Assembly: GCA_963668645.2 (NCBI GenBank)
Contig: CAXXWC010000019.1
Location: 544,001 to 608,000 of the forward strand
Length of the DNA stretch: 64,000 bases
DNA from: Desulfobacterales bacterium
Lineage (GTDB): Bacteria > Desulfobacterota > Desulfobacteria > Desulfobacterales > UBA2174
Reading direction: 5' to 3'
The translations under genes and the position numbers were made by a program. A model generated the notes under the pieces. That model did no database searches and had not been told where the DNA came from. It saw only the letters and a program-made list of their open reading frames with translations. Below are positions 1 to 9,139 of the stretch, piece by piece; position 1 is the first letter of the stretch, and each line of letters opens with the position of its first letter.

Positions 1-30
1 ATAAGCCTGGTTTCGCGTTCCGTCTGAAGT

Positions 31-1611
31 CTATTGAGAGCGGTTGTAGGGGAGCAGCTTGCGGTAATCTTCTTCGGTTTTTGCCAGCGGCAGGTTTTCG
101 AACAGGTAGGTCAGATAATCGTACACCTTCCAGCCATTGGCCTTGGCGGTTTCGATCAGACTGTAATACACGGCGGCGGCACGAGCGCCGTCCGGGTTGC
201 CGGCGAACAGCCAATTTTTTCTGCCTAGCACAAACGGTCGGATCGCATTTTCCGCCAGGTTATTGTCCGGCCGCAACCGGCCATCCTCAAGATAGCCGAC
301 CAGGCGCTGCCAATTGTTGAGCGTGTAAAGAATAGCCTTGCCGAGCAGCCCTTTGGGAGGCGTCGCCAAGGTTTTCGCGTCCATCCAGGCCTTGAACTCG
401 TCGAGAACCGGTTTGGCTTCCCGCTGGCGCAGATCGCGGATGGCATCCGAATCCAGCCCGGCTTCACGTGCCTTCTTTTCCACGGCGTACAGCCGGCCGA
501 TATACTCCAGGGCCTGCTCAGCGCTGCCTTTGCGTTTGGCTCCTCCACGGGCCTTGATGACTTCGTCGAACTTGCGCCGGGCATGTGACCAGCAGCCTAA
601 CAACACCACGCCTTCTTGCCTGCCCAATGCGTCATACCCGCTGTAGGCATCGCATTGCACATAGCCTTGGTATCCACTCAGATAGTCAAGCGGGATTTGC
701 CCCGAACGGCTCGGATGATATTCGAACACCAATACCGGCCGGTCCGGCTGCCCTCCTCGAAACAGCCACATATAGGATTTGCTGGTGTCGGCCTTGCCCG
801 GTTCTTTCATCACCTGAACCGTGGTCTCATCAACGTTCACCACCGGGCCGGATCGGATTTCCTGACCCATCAGGTCCATTAGCGGCCGGGCCAAGTCGGC
901 CACCTTGATCAGCCAAGTGCACATGGTCGAACGGGGCAGGTCGATACCAATGCGCAAAAAGATTTTTTCCTGCCGATACAATGGCAGGGCGTCTTCGAAC
1001 TTGGAACAGACGATATGGGCTACCAGCGATCCGGTAGCAAACGACTTGGGGATCAGTTGGGGCGGCACCGGAGCGATCTTGACGGTCGGGCCATCATCTT
1101 CAACCCCATCACAGGTTTTGCAAGCGTATTTGGGGCGAATATGACGTTCGACCACCATCGTTGCAGGCGTATAACGCAGTTTCTCGCAGACCTCTTCGCC
1201 AATCTTGCAAAGCGACTGGCCGCAGACACAAACTTTCTCGGATTCATCCAGATCGTGAATAATGTCTTCGTGAGGCAGATCGGCCGGCAGTGGCTTGCGG
1301 ACCGGCTTGCGGCGTGTATGGCCTTCCACTGGCTGCCGGTCTTCGGGTTCATCGATCGCATCCAGTGGCTCTTCTTCAGATTCTTCGAAAAGAGAAAATT
1401 GACGACTGTCGGCAACAGATCTTTTCTCGGACTTTCTACCGAATATTTCGTTCTTCAACAACCGGTTCACTTCTTCCAAATGTTCAATCCGGCGCTGATA
1501 TTCATTGAGCAATGAAACGATGATTTGTTTGAGCTGAGCAGGATCATCAGGAAGGTTTTGGACATCAAAATTCATGGTAAATTCAATACCGTAAAGCCAC
1601 AAATTTGGCAA
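31..1611 (-). CDS. tnpC: IS66 transposase TnpC (true start probably MNFDVQ near 1576)
   Basis: FGRKSEK, a CxCG...CKTC zinc finger, LPLYRQE, DETTVQV, CWSHARRKF and DNNLAENAIRPFVLGRKNWLF motifs. Confidence 0.95.
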   Translation of the reverse strand: MPNLWLYGIEFTMNFDVQNLPDDPAQLKQIIVSLLNEYQRRIEHLEEVNRLLKNEIFGRKSEKRSVADSRQFSLFEESEEEPLDAIDEPEDRQPVEGHTRRKPVRKPLPADLPHEDIIHDLDESEKVCVCGQSLCKIGEEVCEKLRYTPATMVVERHIRPKYACKTCDGVEDDGPTVKIAPVPPQLIPKSFATGSLVAHIVCSKFEDALPLYRQEKIFLRIGIDLPRSTMCTWLIKVADLARPLMDLMGQEIRSGPVVNVDETTVQVMKEPGKADTSKSYMWLFRGGQPDRPVLVFEYHPSRSGQIPLDYLSGYQGYVQCDAYSGYDALGRQEGVVLLGCWSHARRKFDEVIKARGGAKRKGSAEQALEYIGRLYAVEKKAREAGLDSDAIRDLRQREAKPVLDEFKAWMDAKTLATPPKGLLGKAILYTLNNWQRLVGYLEDGRLRPDNNLAENAIRPFVLGRKNWLFAGNPDGARAAAVYYSLIETAKANGWKVYDYLTYLFENLPLAKTEEDYRKLLPYNRSQ

Positions 1612-1642
1612 TCTTTTTCTCGATTAAAAATAAAAAAATCTT

Positions 1643-1996
1643 TCATACCAGCGTTTCGTAGTGCAGCTCTTTATGCGCATGCCGCTGGCCAATCTCAAGC
1701 CCTTCCAACAGCCAACTCAACTGGCGAAGATCCAGTTCCATGACTTCGTCGGGGCGCTCCGGCCAGATGAAAAACTCCTTCTCCAAACGCTTGTGCCAGA
1801 GACAAAAACCGTTTCGATCCCAGTACAGGATTTTGATCATGTTCCGGCGCCGATTACAAAAGGCGAACAGGTGGCCGGAAAATGGGTCGAACTCAAGTCG
1901 ATCTTCGACCAGAATCGAAAGCCCATTGATGGCTTTGCGCATGTCAGTGCTGCCGGTCGCCAGGTAAATGCGGGTATGCGATGGCAAAAACATCAC
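1643..1996 (-). CDS. tnpB: IS66 accessory protein TnpB
   Basis: TDMRKAINGL, FAFCNRRRNMIKILYWDRNGFCLWHKRLE motifs. Confidence 0.95.
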   Translation of the reverse strand: MMFLPSHTRIYLATGSTDMRKAINGLSILVEDRLEFDPFSGHLFAFCNRRRNMIKILYWDRNGFCLWHKRLEKEFFIWPERPDEVMELDLRQLSWLLEGLEIGQRHAHKELHYETLV

Positions 1997-2337
1997 AGCC
2001 GCTCCAGCACGTGCAACAACTGCCGCAGGGCCACCGGATCAAAGTCACGCTCTACCTCGACACAATGGCTGGAGGAAACCACAAGCCGCAGCGGTCGGTG
2101 GTCCGTGGTGGTGATGGCCCCGGTCGCCACCGGAGGCAACTGAACCTCGACCAGGGAGATCGCAGTCGCGTCCGCACCCCGGTACTTTTTTCTCCAGTAG
2201 ATAAAACAGTGCAGCTTGAGTGAGTGCTGCCGGCAATATTCGCTCTGGTTCCGCCCGCTTCGTTTCCATCGCTCAACGTGCTGTCGCCAAAACCGCCGCT
2301 TGACCTCCAGAGCCTCTGCTCGTTGCTTCCGTGTCAC
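1993..2337 (-). CDS. tnpA: IS66 accessory protein TnpA
   Basis: FWRQHVERWKRSG...YCRQH...FIYWRKK HTH-like pattern; 4-bp overlap with tnpB. Confidence 0.85.
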   Translation of the reverse strand: MTRKQRAEALEVKRRFWRQHVERWKRSGRNQSEYCRQHSLKLHCFIYWRKKYRGADATAISLVEVQLPPVATGAITTTDHRPLRLVVSSSHCVEVERDFDPVALRQLLHVLERL

Positions 2338-2434
2338 GATGATGCCTCCTTGGCTGAAATAGTCTACGGCCTACGGAGTCAACCTGTGACAAATTTCCAA
2401 GCGCTTGAGAAGATGCGGTTGCCCGGACGCTTAC

Positions 2435-2977
2435 GTTGCACACACTCAAACGATTACAGAAACGGTTGGAGCAATTGCATGTAATCTCGGCCTAACGCGC
2501 CTCCAGGAGACACTGGTAGCTGCAGCACGTTGGCATGACAGAGGTAAAGACAGGCCGGTTTGGCAGAGATATGCCCGAAACGATAGCAGAACAGAGCCGC
2601 TTGCAAAGGCTACACGTTACCTTCATCCTCGGGCGCTGGGCGGCTACCGGCACGAGTTCGGCTCGCTGCTTGAGGCGCTGGAGGATAACGGGCTAGAGGG
2701 AAATGCCAATCTTGACCTCGCGCTCCATCTAATTGCAGCACACCATGGTTGGGCTCGACCCCACTTCGATCCGCGTGCGTACGATAACACAAGAACTTCC
2801 TCTGATAACCAGAAGGCGGCTTGTGAAGTGATGCGCCGGTTCGGCCGATTGCAGGAGCAATTCGGCCGCTGGGGGTTGGCTTGGCTGGAGTCGCTTGTTC
2901 GCTGCGCCGACATAGCCGCATCCCGAAAAGCTATTGGAGTATCAGACATTCCAGCACCGTATAGGGAGGGGGAATGA
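2435..2977 (+). pseudogene. cas3: C-terminal HD nuclease domain of type I-G Cas3, separated from its 5' part by IS66
   Basis: H...AARWHDRGK...WQ, RHEFGSL, LHLIAAHHGWARPHF, WGLAWLESLVRCADIAAS. The stop overlaps the cas8u2 start (ATGA). A C-terminal HD domain is characteristic of I-G Cas3. Confidence 0.88.
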
Positions 2978-3744
2978 ATTCGCCAAAAACGACTCTGAAC
3001 GTGCAAGTGGATGTTAGGAACCCTGGCCAGTTTTTCGCATGTTGCGGTCTGCTTGAGGTTGCTCATAGGCTCTGGCCCAAGGCGGAGGGGTGGTTTGAAG
3101 AAGACAACTTTATCGTCAAGGTTCAAGGGTTCGTTGGCGATTTCCCAGAGTCGTTATTCAGGGCACCTCTTGAATGTGAAGCAATCGCTGAATCCGATTG
3201 CGTACAAGATCTCAAAATTGCACCGGTGGTACTTGGTCCACCAATCTCCATGCGCCTTGACTGGTGGCTCCGTGAAGACGGAACGCCCAATTTATTTAAG
3301 ACCTGGGCAGCCAACGCCTCGTCATGTCAAATGTTCATGAAATGGCGCGGACCATTTAAGAATGTGCTGCTTCAGTCCGCATCTGAACTGGGCAGTTTAT
3401 TGACAACAAGCCAGTGGACTCAAGGTTCTTATGGCTTCGATAGTGACGTAGGATGGGATGCGCTGAAGGTCGGCTTTTCTCTTAATCAACATAAAGGGTT
3501 AAAGGATCTTCCAACCCGCCCGGCAATAGAACTCTTTGGCGCACTTGGGCTTCAGCGCTTCTTTCCAGCTTTTGACACTAAGAAGCAACTTGTGGAGTAT
3601 GCCTCGTGGAACGTTCCCCTGCGGGCTCCCGTTGCACGCTTGGCAGTTCTGGGTATGGCTCCGGTAGTCATTGAACACAGGTTGCAGACAAAATTTGTTT
3701 ATCGGGGAAGTTTCAAAGGCCTCGCCGCAGCAAACCTTATTTAA
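2974..3744 (+). CDS. cas8u2: Type I-G small large-subunit Cas8u2 (GSU0052-like)
   Basis: N-terminal VDVRNPGQFFACCGLLEVA, LDWW, KTWA, GFS and GLQRF motifs; located between cas3 and cas7. Confidence 0.75.
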   Translation: MNSPKTTLNVQVDVRNPGQFFACCGLLEVAHRLWPKAEGWFEEDNFIVKVQGFVGDFPESLFRAPLECEAIAESDCVQDLKIAPVVLGPPISMRLDWWLREDGTPNLFKTWAANASSCQMFMKWRGPFKNVLLQSASELGSLLTTSQWTQGSYGFDSDVGWDALKVGFSLNQHKGLKDLPTRPAIELFGALGLQRFFPAFDTKKQLVEYASWNVPLRAPVARLAVLGMAPVVIEHRLQTKFVYRGSFKGLAAANLI

Positions 3745-3755
3745 GGAGCATTAAA

Positions 3756-4901
3756 ATGAATGACATCATGAATCAGTTCGATGGCTGGTTGAGCGACAAG
3801 AGTGAAGTGGCGGCGTTGACGATGCGCCAACGGTTGGTTCCAATCGAAGGAGAGGATGCGGTTTTTTTCCCCCCGACCTATCCGATTGATCAAAACAGGG
3901 CCGGATATAACATCGACCGATTCGATGACGGTTCCAGCGTCTGCCAAATCGACAGCGTTGGATCACAAGCCAACCGAATGGAGCCCCTATTCAGACAAAA
4001 GGCATACAAGCAGCTTGTACCACAGGTAGTGATAACGGCCGGTGAACGCACCGAACACATCCTTGAGGCCGGGCATCGTGCCGCCGACGCGATTATACGC
4101 TTCTCGACACTCCATCAAGGGATACATAAAGCCTTTCTTGCATATAGAGAAGGTGACGCAGAGCCATTGGCCAGAATAGCGCCCACCTCCATTATATTTG
4201 GCGCCTGGGACTCACGAGCGACGCAGGCCAAACTTCCACGCATCGTTCGATCTGTAATCCGTGCATACAATGTCAGGGAGCTGACTCGATCGGCCCAGTA
4301 TGCGACCATAGCGGGAGAAATTATGGCCAACGGTGAAGCGCAGGCAGTGGCACCCGGAGGCAAGGAGACCAAGGAATCGCAACTGGGCCTTGCCCATGTA
4401 CCAGCCGTCAAAACGCACGGCGGTGTGCAGTTGCAGGGTGAGAAAGGCCAAATTCGGAGAGAAGCTATCCTGAATCTATCAGCGCTCAGGACTGTGTCGG
4501 GGAAGAGGGACGATGAGACTCTAAAGATCCGCCGGTACTTACTTGGCCTTGCCCTGGTTAGTTTTACCGCACCAATGGAAACAAATCTTCGCGAAGGTTG
4601 TGAACTCGTGCCAGACCCCGAAAGGCCTGCGGCATGGAAAATGGTTCAGTACGATGGAACTCGGAAGGATTTTGCCATCAAACATGCAGACGCATTGGCA
4701 TTCGCCACTGCGTCTGCAAAGGCCTTTGGCGTGACTGGGCAACAGGTTGCCGGCGTTTTCGATCCGGAACTGGCTCATGAAGTGATGAAATTAAACGACA
4801 CAGATCGAAAGAAGATTTTTCGGCAGGGAGTGACCAAGGAAGCCATCGAACAACTCGGGAAAAAGGGCTCAAAGGCTAAAGGCTCCTCAAAAAGGAGTTA
4901 G
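3756..4901 (+). CDS. csb1: Type I-G Cas7 (Csb1)
   Basis: VFFPPTY, IDSVGSQANRME, HRAADA, APTSIIFGAWDSR, NLREGCEL motifs; AAGGAG RBS. Confidence 0.93.
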   Translation: MNDIMNQFDGWLSDKSEVAALTMRQRLVPIEGEDAVFFPPTYPIDQNRAGYNIDRFDDGSSVCQIDSVGSQANRMEPLFRQKAYKQLVPQVVITAGERTEHILEAGHRAADAIIRFSTLHQGIHKAFLAYREGDAEPLARIAPTSIIFGAWDSRATQAKLPRIVRSVIRAYNVRELTRSAQYATIAGEIMANGEAQAVAPGGKETKESQLGLAHVPAVKTHGGVQLQGEKGQIRREAILNLSALRTVSGKRDDETLKIRRYLLGLALVSFTAPMETNLREGCELVPDPERPAAWKMVQYDGTRKDFAIKHADALAFATASAKAFGVTGQQVAGVFDPELAHEVMKLNDTDRKKIFRQGVTKEAIEQLGKKGSKAKGSSKRS

Positions 4902-4922
4902 CAGAAACTGGGAGATAGAACG

Positions 4923-6353
4923 ATGAGTCACCATCTTTGCATGTCTGTTACGTTTCTCGACCCTCTTTTCCACGGAGCTGGCGACGAGGCGCCCGAATGG
5001 CCCCCCTCGCCTATGCGTTTTTTCCAGGCCCTGTTGGCAGGGTCTCGAACGGGTTGCCGCGGGCCTTATTGGAATGAAGCTAAAGCTAAGGCGTTCAGCT
5101 GGTTGGGAGGTTTGAAGGCGCCTCTCATCATTGCGCCTACCGCAAGCCGCTCAGTTCGATCCACGCTCTTCGTGCCCAATAACGACAGTGACGAACAGCC
5201 CGCCCGACAGGAGAGGCTGACGGGCAAGGAAGTTTGGCCCCATCGTCTTTTGGACGGCGATATTGTTTATTTCGTATGGCCACTTGAAATCGACACGGAA
5301 AGTAAGGCCAAGGCTGAAACTTTATGCCAAGAGTCGCGCAACCTGCTGGCATTGGGTTGGGGGATTGATTTAGTCGCAGGCAATGGCCGGATTCTTAACG
5401 ATACTGAGATTGCTTCGTTGCCAGGTGAACGCTGGCGCGCGTGGAATCGACAGGGGCCTGGAGTATCGGCTTGGCGCGTTCCAACAGGTGCATCTTTAGG
5501 TGACCTGGAAAGAGTGCACCAATCGTTCATGCAGCGGATCAAGGGGAATCGTTATAACCCGCCGCTAAAAACAAGGGCGTTCAAAACGGTTGAGTACCTG
5601 CGCGCCAAAACGCTTCCGCCTCGTTCCTATGCTGTTTTCGAGCTGCCTGATGGCGTTGCCTTCCGCCAGAAAGGGATTGCAGCAGTCGCAGCTATGCTAC
5701 GATCTGTTGCTTGCAGAAAAGCAAAGGCTGATACGCATGACTTTCCAGGCGGATCTGAAATCTATGTCGCTGGCCACCTGGAAAAACTTGAAGGAACACC
5801 GCCGCGCTTTTCTTACCTCCCGTTACCAACGATTGGACATCAACATGCCGACGGAATGATTCGTCGTCTGCTCATTGCTGAGCCTTTTGGCGGCGATGGG
5901 GTGCAGGCGCATTGGGCTCAAGACCGATTGAGAAACGCGGTTGTCCGAGACATCAATGGAAATGATCGCGGCGTCCTCCAAGATATCTGGAGGTCAACCT
6001 CCCGGCCGATGCTCCGCAAATATGTCGGGGAAGCACGTTGCTGGTGCAGTGTAACTCCTGTGATCCTGCCAGGACATGACGACAGGAAACAGTCAAAGGC
6101 CGAAAAACTTGTTCTCGCAGCCTGTGTGCAAGCCGATCTGCCAATAGAAGCGATTGAAGATCTGACAATTAGGAAGGCTCCTTTCTGGCCAGGATCTGCC
6201 AGTTCACAGCATTATATGGCACCAAATTACCTAAAGCACCTTCCAAGGTGGCACGTTAGCCTGAAATTCTGTGAGAATCTGCCGGGGCCTATATCTATCG
6301 GAGCTGGAAGGCATGCTGGCTTGGGGGTTTTGGCCGCCAGCGAAGATTCGTGA
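4923..6353 (+). CDS. csb2: Type I-G Cas5/Cas6 fusion Csb2
   Basis: PEWPPSPMRFFQAL, LGWGID, YLPLPTIGH...ADG.IRR, W.SVTPVILPG and a C-terminal G-rich loop GPISIGAGRHAGLG. Confidence 0.93.
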   Translation: MSHHLCMSVTFLDPLFHGAGDEAPEWPPSPMRFFQALLAGSRTGCRGPYWNEAKAKAFSWLGGLKAPLIIAPTASRSVRSTLFVPNNDSDEQPARQERLTGKEVWPHRLLDGDIVYFVWPLEIDTESKAKAETLCQESRNLLALGWGIDLVAGNGRILNDTEIASLPGERWRAWNRQGPGVSAWRVPTGASLGDLERVHQSFMQRIKGNRYNPPLKTRAFKTVEYLRAKTLPPRSYAVFELPDGVAFRQKGIAAVAAMLRSVACRKAKADTHDFPGGSEIYVAGHLEKLEGTPPRFSYLPLPTIGHQHADGMIRRLLIAEPFGGDGVQAHWAQDRLRNAVVRDINGNDRGVLQDIWRSTSRPMLRKYVGEARCWCSVTPVILPGHDDRKQSKAEKLVLAACVQADLPIEAIEDLTIRKAPFWPGSASSQHYMAPNYLKHLPRWHVSLKFCENLPGPISIGAGRHAGLGVLAASEDS

Positions 6354-6462
6354 TTGCATTGTAAAATGGCCAGATGGAAAACCCCTCTCCCTCGGCTACG
6401 CCAGCCATTTCGGAATGGGGCTGTTCGCGGTGTCGGACTCTGTCAGCCCGAAAGGACAATAG
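6354..6462 (+). pseudogene. Orphan 3' tail of a second csb2/cas6-type gene
   Basis: The frame ending at TAG 6462 reads KPLSLGYASHFGMGLFAVSDS, a Csb2/Cas6 terminal G-rich loop that differs from the one in the intact csb2 immediately upstream. Confidence 0.7.
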
Positions 6463-6922
6463 GACCAATAAGTCTTATAGGCCATATCGGCAAAAACCCT
6501 TCACCGGCAAAGGAGGCGGAACCATCATGACCGAAAAAAATTCCCCCGGTTTGATCCCGCCCCATGGAGGCTACCAGGAACTTCAGTCCTTCAAGATGGC
6601 TGAAATCGTTTATGACGCCACGGTGGCGTTTTGCGACCGCTTCATCGACCGCCGTTCGCGCACTCACGATCAGATGGTGCAGGCGGCGCGCAGCGGCAAG
6701 CAGAACATCGCCGAGGGAAGCATGGCTTCGGGCACCTCCAAAAAGACCGAGCTGAAACTGGTGGGGGTGGCTCGCGCCAGCCTGGAAGAGCTTTTACTGG
6801 ATTATAAGGATTTCCTGCGTCAGCGGGGACTGCGTCTCTGGCCCAAAGACCACCCTCGCTCCCGATCGACCCGCGCCCTGTGCTACCGCCAGGATAGGTC
6901 CTATTCGACCTATAGGCCATAT
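6459..6922 (+). repeat. 29-nt imperfect direct repeat with 9-nt periodicity (6459-6487 and 6894-6922)
   Basis: ATAGGACCAATAAGTCTTATAGGCCATAT versus ATAGGTCCTATTCGACCTATAGGCCATAT; 23 of 29 identical by manual alignment. Confidence 0.7.
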
Positions 6923-7102
6923 ATCGAAAACGCGCCGCCCGAGGTGGCCGCCAATACCGTTGTATGTGTCCTGCACCAGACCAATTTCCTGTTGGACCGT
7001 CAGCTTCGCACCCTCGAAAATGCCTTCGTGGAAGAGGGCGGGTTCACTGAAAGATTGTATCGCACCCGCACAGAAGCGCGTCGCAAGAAACGTTTTGATT
7101 GA
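6527..7102 (+). CDS. Four-helix-bundle protein (23S rRNA IVS/Avd-like superfamily) with suffix domain
   Basis: HGGY..L.SF..AEIVYD, RTHDQMVQAARSGKQNIAEGS, ARASLEELLLDY, EEGGFTERLYR.R motifs; AGGAGG RBS at 6511-6516. Confidence 0.85.
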   Translation: MTEKNSPGLIPPHGGYQELQSFKMAEIVYDATVAFCDRFIDRRSRTHDQMVQAARSGKQNIAEGSMASGTSKKTELKLVGVARASLEELLLDYKDFLRQRGLRLWPKDHPRSRSTRALCYRQDRSYSTYRPYIENAPPEVAANTVVCVLHQTNFLLDRQLRTLENAFVEEGGFTERLYRTRTEARRKKRFD

Positions 7103-7154
7103 AATACCGAAACCGAGGTGCCGGAACTCATGTAGCAATTTTTAGGGGGCCGAA

Positions 7155-8849
7155 GTGAACGATACTATCACGTCACAACCGCCGCAGGCATTCGCCGCCT
7201 TGATCCCGGTGCGAATTCTCAACGAATACGTCTACTGCCCGCGGCTGGCCCACATGATGTGGGTTCAGGGCGAATTCGCCCACAACGCCGACACGGTGGA
7301 AGGCCGCATCCGCCACAAACGGGTGGACCAGGAAAAAGGGCGCATGCCGGACGGGCCGGAAACCGAAACCCGAATCCATGCCAGCTCCGTGTCGCTGAGT
7401 TCCGAACGGCTGGGCATCACCGCCAAGATCGACCTGGTGGAGGGGGACGGAACAACGGTAGTCCCGGTGGACTATAAAAAGGGAAAGCGGCCGCACGTGG
7501 CGGCCGGAGCCTATGCCCCCGAAAGGGTCCAGGTCTGCGCCCAAGGGATGCTGCTGCGCGAGCACGGATTCAATTGCGAGCAAGGCGTTCTGTATTTCCA
7601 TGGATCGCGCGAACGGGTACCGGTCCGGCTGGATGACGAGCTGATCGCCGAAACCATGGCCGCCATTGAAGGACTGCGGTCACTGCAACAGGCGCCGTGT
7701 CCCCCGGGGCCTCTGGAGGATAGCCCCAAATGCGGCCGATGTTCCCTGATTGGCATCTGCCTGCCGGACGAAATGCGGCTTCTGCACCATTGCAAGGTCA
7801 CCCCCCGGCCGGTATTCGCCGGTGTGGAAAAAGGGCTGCCGCTTTACGTCCAGTCGCCACGTGCTTACCTGCGCAAGGATGGCCAACAAATCGTCGTCCA
7901 AGAAAAGAAGGAAAAAATCGCCGAGGCGCGGCTCAACGAGGTCAGCCAAGTGGTCCTTTACGGTTCGAGTGCCGTGTCCACGCCGCTGCTCCACGAATGC
8001 ATGGTGCGCGAGATCCCCGTCACCTACCTGAGCTACGGCGGCTGGTTCATGGGTCACTGTGTCGGCCTGGGGCACAAGAACGTCGAGGTACGCACCGGCC
8101 AGTACCGGAACAGCTTCGATGAGGCTGTCTGCCTCAAACTGGCACGCGGCTGGGTGGCGGCCAAAATCGCCAATGCCCGCACGCTGCTGCGGCGAAACTG
8201 GAAAGGAGACAACGACGACCGGGCACCGGCCGAACTGCTTCAGGCGCTACGCAACGATATCCGCCAGGCTTCGCAGGCCAAATCGCCGGAAACCTTGCTG
8301 GGCGTGGAGGGCAACAGCGCCCAGCGCTACTTCCACCAATTCACCCGGATGCTTTCCAGTACCGAGAATGGGTTGATGGCCTTCGACCTGGCCTCCCGCA
8401 ACCGGCGTCCGCCCAAGGACCCGTTGAACGCCATGCTCTCGTTCGCCTATGCCATGCTGACCCGGGAGTGGACCGTGGCCCTGTCTGCCGTGGGGCTCGA
8501 CCCGTACCGCGGTTTTTATCACCGGCCCCGCTTCGGCCGGCCGGCTTTGGCCCTGGACATGATGGAGCCGTTCCGGCCCCTGGTGGCCGACTCGGCCGTA
8601 CTCATGGCGGTCAACAACGGAGAGGTACGCCCCCAGGATTTCATCACCTCGGCGGTGGGCTGTAATCTCAAGCCATCCGGCCGCAAACGTTTCATCGCTG
8701 CCTTCGAGCGGCGCATGGAGCAGGAAGTCACTCATCCGATTTTCAAATACCGGATCAGCTATCGGCGCCTGTTCGAAGTCCAGGCCCGACTCCTGGCGCG
8801 CTATTTAACGGGCGAAATACTCCGCTATCCCAACTTCGTGACGCGTTGA
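7155..8849 (+). CDS. cas4-cas1: Cas4-Cas1 fusion
   Basis: Cas4 part: YCPR, KIDLVE, PVDYKKG, KC.RCSL...CLP. Cas1 part: LLGVEG, RNRRPPKDPLNAMLSFAY, GLDPY.GFYH, ALALDMMEPFRP. Confidence 0.96.
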   Translation: MNDTITSQPPQAFAALIPVRILNEYVYCPRLAHMMWVQGEFAHNADTVEGRIRHKRVDQEKGRMPDGPETETRIHASSVSLSSERLGITAKIDLVEGDGTTVVPVDYKKGKRPHVAAGAYAPERVQVCAQGMLLREHGFNCEQGVLYFHGSRERVPVRLDDELIAETMAAIEGLRSLQQAPCPPGPLEDSPKCGRCSLIGICLPDEMRLLHHCKVTPRPVFAGVEKGLPLYVQSPRAYLRKDGQQIVVQEKKEKIAEARLNEVSQVVLYGSSAVSTPLLHECMVREIPVTYLSYGGWFMGHCVGLGHKNVEVRTGQYRNSFDEAVCLKLARGWVAAKIANARTLLRRNWKGDNDDRAPAELLQALRNDIRQASQAKSPETLLGVEGNSAQRYFHQFTRMLSSTENGLMAFDLASRNRRPPKDPLNAMLSFAYAMLTREWTVALSAVGLDPYRGFYHRPRFGRPALALDMMEPFRPLVADSAVLMAVNNGEVRPQDFITSAVGCNLKPSGRKRFIAAFERRMEQEVTHPIFKYRISYRRLFEVQARLLARYLTGEILRYPNFVTR

Positions 8850-8851
8850 CA

Positions 8852-9139
8852 ATGGAACATTTTTACGTGGTGACATATGATGTTTGCTGCAACCGGCGAT
8901 GGCGCAAGGTCTACAAGACCATGAAAGGATTCGGTGAGTGGATGCAGCTTTCAGTTTTTCAGTGCAGACTGGACAAAGCAAATCATCTTCGCATGAGCGA
9001 CACGCTTTCGGAAATCATCGACCACATGGAAGACCACGTGTTGATCATCGACGTCGGTCCGGCCGAAAGCATAAAACCCAAAGTCACCAGCATCGGCCGG
9101 CCTTTCGATCCGATTGAACGGAAGAGTCTGATCGTTTAA
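8852..9139 (+). CDS. cas2: Cas2
   Basis: YVVTYDV...RWRKVYK.MKGFGEWMQLSVFQC.L; directly follows cas1. Confidence 0.95.
   Translation: MEHFYVVTYDVCCNRRWRKVYKTMKGFGEWMQLSVFQCRLDKANHLRMSDTLSEIIDHMEDHVLIIDVGPAESIKPKVTSIGRPFDPIERKSLIV

Larger units (their letters stand above)
1..2434 (-). mobile_element. IS66-family insertion sequence (left end at 2434; the other end is at or beyond the window start)
   Basis: tnpA-tnpB-tnpC order on the minus strand. The terminus reads GTAAGCGTCCGGGCAACCGCATC on the minus strand from 2434, the GTAAGCG start typical of IS66 inverted repeats. Confidence 0.92.

Noticed and set aside
1..30. Second IS66 inverted repeat at the window start (ATAAGCC...)
   Set aside because: It shares only TAAGC with the other end and cannot be confirmed without upstream sequence.
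6459..6922. Mini-DGR suggested by the Avd-like gene and 4 of 6 mismatches at A in the upstream copy
   Set aside because: The repeat is only 29 nt and low in complexity, two mismatches are not at A, and no reverse transcriptase is present.
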